NCBI GenBank assembly: GCA_951406725.2
Contig: OX597825.1
Coordinates: 49,042,001 to 49,106,000, forward strand
Reading direction: 5' to 3'
Origin: Octopus vulgaris
Lineage: Eukaryota
Length of the DNA stretch: 64,000 bases
The notes beneath the pieces were generated by a model that had not been told where the DNA came from, searched no databases, and worked only from the letters and a program-made list of their open reading frames with translations. The position numbers and the translations under genes were made by a program. Positions 53,338 through 64,000 of the stretch are shown here, piece by piece (the first letter of the stretch is position 1; each line of letters starts with the position of its first letter).

Positions 53338-54376
53338 TACATGTGTGTGTGTGTACGTGTGTAGATGTCCGTGTGTGTAGCCATGCTGAAAGTTTTACAC
53401 TTACTGTTTGTATTAGAGTATGTAGATATGTAAGAGATTTTGTAAAACGTGTGATCCTGTTACTCACGTGTTTATCATCTATTTCTATCCACCATTCTTT
53501 AAATATTGAGTATTTGAAACACATTTTATCTACATAGCTACTAAGTTAGGAATATTAAAGTAGTTTATTTAGTGACCAGTATTAATTACAGTACACAAAT
53601 AGTGACCATTCTATACCATTGTACTGAAAACAGTGACCGATATATGTTATGGTAATGTAATAGAAAACAGGCTTTGTCATAGCCCTGAAAATACAGACTA
53701 AGTTAGATATATCATAGTAATGTGAATAGTAGGAATACAAAATAACACTCGCTAGTGTGTAAAGTGGTTTTAACATTTCAACACCGTTAATATGCGGTGG
53801 TTATTATTAGACAAAGTACAGTGTCTTAAGCATGTTTGTGTAGATAAATGTGTTATTAGTTGCTGCAGCAACAACACATGAAAAGAAGAAGAAAGAGTTA
53901 ATATTCAGAACTCCCATGTTAATCATACTTGATAGTTTCACATCTACTCTTGATTGATTCTTTGCAAAGCAGGTTTTGACTTATCTCCAAACTATCGGGA
54001 AATAAAGATACCAATGTTATGCTTTGATAATTATGTCTATAAGTCAGATTAAGAAAGATTAAAGTTGAAATATTATGTCTCGGTATATAGATCACAGTGA
54101 GTCAGGGAAAAATTTCCAGACATATTTATTTATTTTTCTACTGTTAGATATTAACCATATTTTGATAACAAATTGTTTCCATGCCTGTCTTTCAGACATC
54201 TTTAAGAGCGAAAATTTTCTTGCACTTAAGAGAAGAAAAGTTTTATCAAGAAATGATTTAGTGATAGGTTTAAATATTAATGTTTAGAGATCCAAACGAA
54301 TGTATACATACATACATGCATACATGCATACATACATACATACATACATACATACATACATACATACATACATACA

Positions 54377-54410
<34 letters not shown>

Positions 54411-54419
54411 CAATGACAA

Positions 54420-56661
54420 GGCTTTCTACCCTTATCCACCAGTTCCAACAAGGTTTAACGGAAAAGGAAAAAGATTACTTGACTAGATTTGATTGCAATA
54501 ATTCAACAAAGCACAATGAGTTTTAAAACGCCAGAAATACATACCAAATTCAAATGAGGCAAATTAAACGGATATAGTGACAAAGGAAGTCACCAGATTT
54601 GCAAGATGTTGCGGACAGATGTGACTCCAGGTAATTCTACCAGAATTTAAACGGTGTTTTTGGACATGTGTCTGGTGGCTCAACTCCCATACTTTCAACT
54701 GAGAGCAATCTTCTGACAGATAAAAAGCAGATCACGAAGCACTGGGCACAGCATTTTTCAAATGTTCTCAATATGGACTCAATTGTTGATGAAGAACTGA
54801 CCATCAACCTACCACAAAAGCCTATCCTTGAAGAACTGTCCGTCGCTCCATCAAATGCGGAAATACTAAAGGCCATAAAACAGCTCACGAATGGAATGTC
54901 GTCAGGTAAGGATGGCATACCAGCCGAGATATATAAATGTCGTAGCAGTCTCCTGTTGAACAAGTTATGTTAACTCTTCTCCTTAATCTGGGAATCAGGT
55001 TCACTCCCGCAGGAATGCAAAAACGCTTCTACAGTCCATCTTTATAAGCACATAGGTAACAAATGTGAATGTGACAGCCATAAAAGTATCTCCTTTTTGT
55101 GTGTTGTTGGACAGATCCTTGGAAGGGTTATCTTAAATAGACTAAATGATGCCTTCCCACAGATTAGGGTTGCCTGAATTTCAGTATGGTTTTCGGGCTG
55201 GTAGAGGCACAGTGGATGTGATTTTTAGCTGGAGACAAAGGCTTGTGAGCACACCCGAAACCTTTTTGTTATATTTATAGATCTAACTAAAAATTTCAAC
55301 ACCATATCTAGGGATGCTCTTTGGGCTGTCCTTAGAAAGCTATGTATTCCAGAAATGATGTTCACTTTTATAATTTCTTACCATCAAAGGATTATGGCTT
55401 CTGACAGATATAGCAGGGAAGTGACCAATTCATTCACAGTCTCAAACGGGACAAAACAAAGCTGTGTTCTCGCACTATTCTTATTTGCTTTCTGTTTCTC
55501 TGTTATTTTCGAAACAGCGTTTGAGAGTCTTAAATAAGGAATAGCGTTTGAGTACAGAACTGGTGGCGGCTTGTTCAGCCAGCAGCGCTTCAAAGCAAAA
55601 ACTAAAACTTTCGTGCAAACAGTTCGAGATTTGTTCTTTGCAGACGATTTGTAGCATACACTCCTAAGAACATGCAATGGATTCAAATCAACCTCTCGCG
55701 TGCATCGAAGGCTTTCGGTCTGACCTTCTGCGTCAAGAAAAGTGAGCTTGTCCATCAGCCCAATAGTAACCATCTTCCCGCTGTTGACCCTATTGTATAT
55801 GTTTATGGGAAAGCATTAAAAACTGTTTCCTCCCTCACTTGTTTCTATTGTGTCTAATGATGCGAAGATGGATAAAGAAATCGAGTCCAGAATCGGGAAG
55901 ACTAGTTCCGCTTTCGTTAAGCTTTATCACAAGCTATGGAACAGCCACGCCGTCTCGATGAAGGTGAAATTTAACGTAAGATGGTGGTTTTGACAACATT
56001 ACTTTATATTGCTGAATCTTTGACTTTGTACCAAAAGCACATCAATTAGCTTGATGCTTTTCATATGCGATGATTGCGTACTATCTCCAACGTAAAACCG
56101 AGCGACCATATACATAAGAGTGAGTTACTTACAAAATGTAACATTGGTATTGAAGCCATCCTCATCAAAATACAGCTAATATGGTCAAGTCATCTCTCAC
56201 GTATGAGTGATATCAGTATTCCGAAGCAACTTCTCTTTGGCCAATTCCCGACAGGAAGGGCAGCTGGAAAACCACTCTTGCGCTACAAATACAAATTATA
56301 AGACAATCTGAAACGATGTAACATTCAGTTTTCTTCCTGTAAAACAGAACGCAGGACTTGGCACCAGTCCCGCTTCTCCTCAGTTCGAAAATTTGAGCAA
56401 AATCGACTCCAACACCGGGAGCAACTTTGTGGAAGCATGGAGGCACGCTGGCAAAACACTACTCCTCTAAATTGATGCCTTTTCTATCACTGTGGCTTTG
56501 TGGCTCTAAGCAGAGCAGGCCTAGCCATCCATTCAAGAAAACATATAGTATACAATCCACAGGTATTCAAGCAAACTGAATCCTTAACTTGTTCAATGTA
56601 CCAAAAGTGTTGCAAGGCACCAGCAGGCTTCAAGAGACACGTTCATGTCCATAGAACATAA
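54420..56661 (+). mobile_element. Decayed RTE-like LINE (RT to C-terminus)
   Basis: GKDGIPAEIYK, QYGFRAGRGTVD, FIDLTK.FNT, NGTKQSCVLA, LFFADD (about 55631-55648), IPKQLLFGQ..GKPLLRYK, two C-terminal C2H2-like fingers. Confidence 0.9.
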
Positions 56662-57952
56662 TCAATTTTACAGAACTTTCATTTGTCTTTCACAAGCGAA
56701 TCCATCCACATACACAGACGCGCACACACACACACTCACACACATACATACATAGATTCATACATACATGTATACATACATACACACACAAACACAAGCA
56801 TACATATATATTGAGGTCAGCCTGCATTGCTCTTTCAACAACATAATTTGTTTTGAAATTTTGAAATAACTGCTATACTGTTATAAAAGCTATTAAGTTT
56901 TATAAATCGGCAAAGACTTCTCGGGAAGTGTGAATATTATCAGCTCCAATGTAGATTTCCAGTTTACCTTCCAAATTAAACTTCGAATGCTTTTGTGTAA
57001 AGAAGAGATCTGTTAAGTTATGTTCTAATGAATTAACGAGAGCGGTATATTTCTAATGAAATTATACATGCAAATAATGTATTAGCATATCCAAAGTTTG
57101 TAGTGAACTTAATGATGTATAGAGAATAAGTCTCTCACAAACCGTATCCTTCATATTAAAATAATTTCACCCTATCTCAACCACGTTATACGTATTCTTT
57201 TATGTTGAAAGAAGTAAGCGATAGTTTAATGGGTTAAACACGTATAATCCTGAAATATTTAATCGCTCAAAAGGAAGTAAAGCTTTTCTTTACAAAATTC
57301 CACTTGACTATTGTTCAAGTAAAACTCCTAGTGACAAGCAACAGTAACTATTATTGTACAAACAAAGAGAACGAAATATAGAAAAGAACAAATGTCGCTG
57401 AGTTATATGAAACAAAATAAATGTGAAAGTGTATCTAAGGAAAGAAACCTTCCCTGTAAGTCCAGTGAAAAAGGCTCGGCTGCATTAACTCACGTATCAA
57501 GTATCGACACAAATACAATGGTATGTCTCAACACTTGCATACAAATAATCACAATACGCATACACATCGGAAACGATCCATTAGAAATGGAGTCGATAGT
57601 AGAAGACAATGAAAGCTTGAGTTAAATAGAAATGTAAAACAAGCGAAAAATAATTCAAAGAGACTTGATACATTTCGGAAGGAAAGGGTAAGGTGATATC
57701 AAGACGTTTGTCATTGTGTTCTTTATACTAAATAGCCTATATCATAGTAAATAGGGTATTACTTAGCGAATATTGATGTTTTGCATGCTCCAACTGCAGA
57801 ATTGCATCAGGCTTATAGGAGACAGATTTTATAAATTCAAAACAGCTTATAGTTTCATTGCAAAACATAACGTTTCGTAAAGCAATTTAATTTGTGCTAT
57901 TATTTTCCTTTACACACACACACACACGCCTATGCATGTATGTATGTATATA

Positions 57953-58003
<51 letters not shown>

Positions 58004-58249
58004 CAACTTGTGTGTCTGTGTGTGTATATGTGTGTATGTCTGTGTTTAACTTCCCGGCACATCGCCTCCTAGCCAATCGTAGAACCACCAAAAATGGATC
58101 ACTTAAAGTTTAGCCGAATGAAAATTGAACTACGCTATTTCTGTTCCGAAATTCATCTCGCAAGTGCAAAAATCGATAATGTGTTTGTTTAGGCCTTATC
58201 CCATGCATTGAATAGTGAACTTTACTCAGTCAGCTATTTGACGTGAACT

Positions 58250-58925
58250 GTGTTCACCACGCGTGCAAGTATGCATAAATTGCATGAAAAATAAAAAATC
58301 AAGATATAAAAACGAACCGCCGTAAGCATTGTAGAAATTCGGCAAAGAAATGAATTTTCATGTTGTAGCAATTGTTCGTACGCAATGTTTTGAGTGGCAC
58401 GGGGTTACTAAAGCAGAAGAACGTCTCTGAAAGACGATAGGAGATTTGGAAGACATACCACGAGTGTCAATCCCCAAAATGTGGTATTGTAGTAATCCAA
58501 CGTTTCGAAGCGCTTTAAAGAGAACATTCGGCGAAAAGGACTAGATCTGTGGGGCGCTAAGAATTAGATTCTTCGCGACGACAATGAATCCTGTCACTGA
58601 GCACTCTTCACTCATGAGTTTCTTGCCAAAAACAATATGGTATGTCTCCTGCACCCGCTAAATTCGCCAGATTTAGCACCTACGGACTTCCATCCCAACC
58701 CCAAGATGAAAATGCAGCTCAAATGTCATCGTTTGAACACCGTTGTCGAGATCTAGAGCAACTCGCAGAAGGTCCCGGATTCGCTTACGGAAAACGACTT
58801 CCAGACCGAATGCCAAAAGTGAAAAGAACGTTGGGACCTGTGTATTGCTGCACAAGTTGATTATTTCGAAAGAGATGATGTGAAAACTTAGATAAGTTAT
58901 TTTTATAACTAGTCCTGGAACAATA
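58250..58925 (+). mobile_element. Decayed mariner transposase fragment
   Basis: QCFEWH, EDIPR, HPLNSPDLAPTDFH (YSPDLAP motif) and WDLCIAAQVDYFERD terminus. Confidence 0.8.
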
Positions 58926-59024
58926 CATACATGCATACATGCATACATACATATGTTCCTCAACGATTTATTATAAGAACCAATAACAAAATATTTATAT
59001 CTTCATGTGCTCAAGCGTGTATAC

Positions 59025-59639
59025 TTTATCTTTTATCTTTTACTTGCTTCACTCACTGGTTTGCGGCTTTGCTGGGGCTCTGTCTCGAAGAATTTAGTCG
59101 TACAAATCTACCACGATACTTGTTATTAGATACTGGGGATTGTTCTATCGATCTTATTTGCGACGTCGCAGATATGTAAGCAAGAAGACACCGGTTATCA
59201 AGCGGTGAGTGGTGCACTCAGGAAACACAAGTCATTTACACATTTGCATAGACTGACGTGCGTGCGCGCACGTGTGTTTGTGTGTGTGTGTACGTGTGTG
59301 TATGTGTATATTTAACTTGTCTTTTTAGTAGAAAGAACCTGTTGTTATACGTGTTTTGTATTTGTAATCGTGTAACATTTCCCCCGTTTTCTCGTTCTTT
59401 TTATTTTGTCCGTGTTGTTGCACATATTCGCCCGCTTTCTTCCAAAAATTTAATGCCCTTAGCCAAAATTTATGGGGCCTACCAATTTTCACAGTCTCAA
59501 GTGTCACAGGCCACAAGTGTAGTGATAATTGGAAGATTGGCTGATGAATAGAAATCCACGAATGTTCCGTCCTTGTATCGTCCACCTACCCGCATGTTTT
59601 TATTGTCGTCCGCTACGTTCCTGTTCCGTTTTGGGGATT

Positions 59640-59640
<1 letters not shown>
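59025..59640. repeat. SINE family C tail (59025-59230, minus) followed by a diverged family A copy (59320-59640, plus)
   Basis: Similarity to 29258-29450 and to 29700-30030 respectively. Confidence 0.6.
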
Positions 59641-59721
<81 letters not shown>

Positions 59722-59736
59722 CATATAAATATATAT

Positions 59737-60375
59737 ATTGGCCCAGGCGTTAGATGATAAAAGCATTTAAAAAATATTTTTCATTCCCTTCGAAGTTTTA
59801 TCCCTAATAGTGGTTTGGAATTTAACTGTCCTCTTTAGCGTGCAAGGATTCCTATGATGGATTCCTCTTGTGTGTTTAAATGTACACTGTATTTATATGA
59901 ATAATATATAGTCTATTGACTAAATTTTTACACGTTAGGTCACTGGTAATAGAAATTTCTAATATTTCAGATTACCCCTTGATATTATTAATTATTAATA
60001 ATTTTTTATTTGGATAATTTTCGAATTGAAAAGCCGACATATTTATTTACTGCCGACAAGGAGCAGCGCTTGCGTGGTTGATTTAAAAAATTAGAATGTA
60101 TAATCACAGGGCATATACTGGATTGCCTCGTGTATCTATATTTAATCTAAGGTGTACCTACTGAAGAAGACTTCGCATAGCAAATTATTTTGTTTGTTAA
60201 AAAAATCTATGAAACCATTGGTCCAGGAGTTAGATGGTAACTGTATTTAGTTTTCATTCCCTTCGAAATTTTATCCCTAATAGTGGTTTGGAATTTAGCT
60301 GTCCTATTTAGCGTGCAAGGAGTCCTATGATGGATGCTTCCTATGTGTTTAAATGTACACTGTATTAATATGAAT
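59737..60375 (+). mobile_element. Retrozyme/pseudo-LTR-like partial tandem (about 480 nt period)
   Basis: About 160 bp direct repeat starting attgg(c/t)ccagg at 59737 and 60217, including tcattcccttcgaa..ccctaatagtggtttggaattta; a hammerhead spans the junction. Confidence 0.75.
60146..60234 (+). ncRNA. Type I hammerhead ribozyme motif
   Basis: CUGAAGA 60161-60167, GAAA 60211-60214, stem III cca-t-tgg, GUC triplet, stem I cct/agg extended by tctaa/ttaga; stem II poorly paired. Confidence 0.7.
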
Positions 60376-60421
60376 ATATATATATATATGTATATATATA
60401 CATACATATATATATACACAC

Positions 60422-60467
<46 letters not shown>

Positions 60468-60520
60468 ATATACATATATATACATATATACATGCATACA
60501 TATATATATATATATATATA

Positions 60521-60828
60521 TCACCGTGATCACCGTGACTGACCAGGCTATCAGATGTTGCTACACATCGCTGGTCACAATGCGCTTCGCATTGTTTTAG
60601 CCTTCATATGACGCCACCCCGCTGGCTAAGCGAGGAGGCCAACAGAAGAAAGAGTGAGAGAAAGTTGCGGCGAAAGCGTACAGCAAGGATCGCCATCGAC
60701 CCCTGCCGGAGCCTCGTGGAGCTTTAGTTGTTTTCGCTCAATAAACACTCTCAACGCACGGTCTGGGAATCGAAACCGTGATCCTACGACCGCAAGTCTG
60801 CTGCCCTAACCACTGGGCCATTGCGCAT

Positions 60829-60831
<3 letters not shown>
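60521..60831 (-). mobile_element. tRNA-derived SINE (family D)
   Basis: Minus-strand head tggcccagtggttagggc (A box) and gtttcgattcc (B box); short tandem tail tcacggtga. Confidence 0.8.
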
Positions 60832-60866
<35 letters not shown>

Positions 60867-61419
60867 TTATACTTGGGACTCATGCGGCAGAAATTATCAA
60901 ACTTATTACAGATCGAGAGGTTGTAAATTTATGTAAAGGGATTTTTGTATTTCGCTGCATAGTATGAAACAATAAACTGGTATAACGATTGCAATGTCAC
61001 GTGATTAATCCATATTTCTGAGCCAGTTTGTACGCTATGTTGTTCAATAATAAATATTAAATAAATAAATAAATATGAAAAAAATTATGCTGCTTACTCA
61101 TAAATGAGAGTGCCGGGGAATATAAATACAGTATATATATAGGTTGGGAATAATATACGGTAGCTAGCAGCAGCAGATAGCATAGGAACTTTTTATTATT
61201 GCATGTGGAATTAACTTGTTGCGGTATGTGGAATTAACTTGTTCCTGAAAGAATATATAAAGTTCTACCAGTCATTTGTCTCGTCTAACGTTATCTTTGA
61301 CTATTGAGCATATATGTTTTGTTATATTAAATGGTATGTTCCATTTTGTATGGGAAGGGTGGCAAAATTGAAAGTCTAAATATTGGTGTGTGTCTGTGTT
61401 CCTGTAATAGAGTCAGTTC

Positions 61420-62600
61420 TAACTGTCTAATTTCCTTTCATTATCAGAGTATCTAGAAAGAAGAGTTCCTTTTCATTAATTTCCATAGTGAATCAGATTG
61501 AAACATGAATGCTATTTATTAATCTAAGTAATTTTGTAAGGTCCTCCTTACTTTGGTCCCAAAATATGAAGCTGGCATCTAACAAACTTTTCCAGTCTCC
61601 TATAAAATAGATTTGGAAATGGTGGGCAAAAGTAATTCTGGATAGGGTGTAGATTTTTTTCTAGGTACCCCATTTCTGGTGTGGCATATGTTGTTAAGAC
61701 TTTACACACCATTGTAGTGCCTTGTTATTGTAGATAATATTGATTATCAAAGAAGTAGTTGTTTTTCAGTACAATCTCTAAACCTTCAATTATAAATTCC
61801 TTTGAGAATCTCTCCTGAATTATTTGAGGGCGTTTTTTATCCAGAATTCTACTGCTTCTGGTCCATATATATGGGGAATATTTGTATAGAGACATGTTTG
61901 TCAAAGCCAACTAGTACTATCTTTTTATCTAACCATTCTGAGACATGGCTTAAGTAGTCCATGTCATCTCGGATGAAACTGGGAACTAATCTGCATAAAG
62001 GTTTTAAAATTATGTTAAGCAATTTGCTTAATCCTTGAGATCAGTTGGTTTGGAAATATTTATATATGGAGTATGGAGGCATTTTAAGCTGTTGTTTGAA
62101 TTAGTGGATTTTAGGAAGTCCATAAAATTAGCGAGGTAATCCAACTCCTTTTTTGTTAAGTCATGCTAGTATTTGTTGGTAACTTTACCAATTCTGCTCG
62201 ATGTTCGTCTATCAACATAGCTATCTACTTTTCAGTAGATTTGGTCATTAATGGGTCTAGTCCATTATAACAACGGATCCTCCCGTGTCTGCTTATTTAA
62301 TAAATACAGAGGAGTCTTCTTGTGGACATTGTAATGCCTTTTGTTCCCCATCGGTAATATTTTGTTTTCCAGGGTTTTCTGGAATGTTTGAATTAGACCT
62401 TTTCAGGCATATCATATATTTCTTCAGATGTTTGTGTTGACCAGAAATCAAAATGAGTTTAAAGGGATATATTATCCTGGCGGTTACCGTGTTTCCTCTT
62501 AACTGGGTTTCAGATACTGGCTAACCACGACGGTTTTTTATGATACCTGAGATAAAAAATAGTTGCTAGGCTCTGGTAACCTTTCTCGCTGGGTAAATCC
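61420..62600 (-). mobile_element. Decayed Penelope-like RT fragment
   Basis: YGLPKIH, FIRDDMD.LSH, LVGFD..SLYTNIPH, ERFSKEFIIEGLEIVLKNNYF, QGTTM, ELFFLDTL. Confidence 0.85.
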
Positions 62601-62649
62601 GAGTGCCCTATTCAATACTGCATAATTTTCGTAGAGTAAGTTATAATAA

Positions 62650-63055
62650 TGAGAACGGAAATTACATAAGATAAATTTAATAGTTATTAACAACATCTTT
62701 AACTGAACATATGCGCGTTTCAACTGCGTCGACTGCACACTGCTGGTTATGAAACCTGGTGTCATAGTCGGTGCAGTTTCATCAGGGCCCTTGCTCTCTG
62801 ATGTTTTGAAGTGAAACTATTAATAGTAGCACTCATACCTCTTAAAAATACTTTATTCATTCAGTTTGCACATTCCTTCAGTTTAATTTCAAAACGTCAG
62901 AGAGTATGGACCCTGATGAAACTGCACCGAACATGACACCAGGTTGCATATCTAACAGTGTGCAGTCCATACAGTTGAAATGAGCTGAGGTCCAGTAAAT
63001 GATGCTGTAAATAACTGTTAAATAAGATTATGGATGTGAAAAATCTCCGTTCCCC
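62650..63055. mobile_element. Foldback/MITE-like element with about 170 bp imperfect TIRs
   Basis: cctggtgtcat..tcggtgcagtttcatcaggg is mirrored by ccctgatgaaactgcaccga..atgacaccagg; complementarity extends to gaacgga/tccgttc; about 60 bp spacer. Confidence 0.8.
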
Positions 63056-63199
63056 CTTATCATTATCGATACTATATATGTGTGTGTGCGCGTGTCTATG
63101 TATGTATGTATGTGTGTGTATACATACACACACATTCACATTTATCATACATGCATGATTATGGTTTCACCTAGATACATACATATATATTCTGCCTCC

Positions 63200-63345
63200 A
63201 CACACTGGTTCTATCTACCAAATTCACTCACAAGGCGTTGATCGGTCCTGGGCTGCTGCAGAAGATACTTGCCATAGTGCCACTGCGTAGTGGGACTGCA
63301 TATGAAACTATGTCGTTCCAAAGCAAGTTTCTTAACCAAACAAAC
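63200..63345 (-). mobile_element. SINE family C 5' part
   Basis: tctaccaaattcactcacaaggcgttgatcgg..gaagatacttgcc matches 29570-29690. Confidence 0.65.
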
Positions 63346-63804
63346 ATGGCACGGGTTGGTTGTATTGTTAAAGATTTCATTATCTTTAACTGCACAAACC
63401 AGTTTTATATAACATTTTATTGTTGCAGAATTTTGTGTTTCAATCTATTTACTGTTTTGTTAAGTTTACAGGGGCAGCGTGACTTGTAGAAAATACCGAT
63501 TCCCTATATGTGCTAGATATTTGATATCATTATTGGAATAACCATGAAATTTGGTTCATTGAAATCTTTAAGACAATTATAAGGACCCATGTAGTGCAGA
63601 AAGACACGTTTAACTGCACTTCCTTCACTTGTTTCCTCTATAGTTTTATTCTTCTGAATAATTAACAAATACTGCAATGACAACGTCGATGACAACAAAA
63701 AGAACAAGAAACGGTAGAAGAAGAAGAAGAAGAAGAAGAGAAGAAGAAGAATTAATAATAGCTTGTGATTTAGACACAAATCCAACAATTTTGAGTGAGT
63801 TATG

Positions 63805-63950
63805 GTGTCGAGTGGATTAGTCGATTACACTGACCTTAGCACTTGCCTGGTGCTTTATTCTATCGATTCAAAAAGGAAGAAAGTAAAGGTACCCCTGGGT
63901 GAGATTTGAACTCAGAACCTATAGAGCCGGAACAAATACTGACAAGCAGT
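63805..63950 (-). mobile_element. SINE family B, diverged
   Basis: gtcgattacactgacc..tggtgctttattctatcga..gatttgaactcagaac. Confidence 0.6.
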
Positions 63951-64000
63951 TTCCCCAAGGTTAGCCCTTCCACGTCTCTACATATTTTGAAATGCGATAT

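Noticed and set aside
62908-62940. ctgatga motif suggesting a hammerhead
   Set aside because: No stem II/GAAA/stem III arrangement; it is part of the MITE arm.

Overview
AT-rich, repeat-dominated eukaryotic DNA; the SINE families, Penelope density and microsatellites suggest an Octopus/coleoid cephalopod genome (inferred, not verified). I found no intact host gene, and nearly all ORF-track entries are microsatellite or decayed-transposon artefacts. The window holds at least 8 Penelope-like element (PLE) fragments (RT and/or GIY-YIG), two RTE-clade LINEs, a CRE-type endonuclease fragment, an internally deleted Gypsy-like LTR element with TSD, an IR/DR Tc1 element, mariner fragments, a non-autonomous Helitron, a MITE-like foldback and about 15 tRNA-derived SINEs. 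The most notable signal is RNA-structural: about ten intact-to-decayed type I hammerhead ribozyme motifs. Two lie in non-coding retrozyme-like partial tandems (338 and 480 nt period) that both begin just before the predicted cleavage site, two face each other in a 1.27 kb palindrome, and one has a possible G3:C8-type variant core. All coordinates and pairings were read by eye; element boundaries are approximate.
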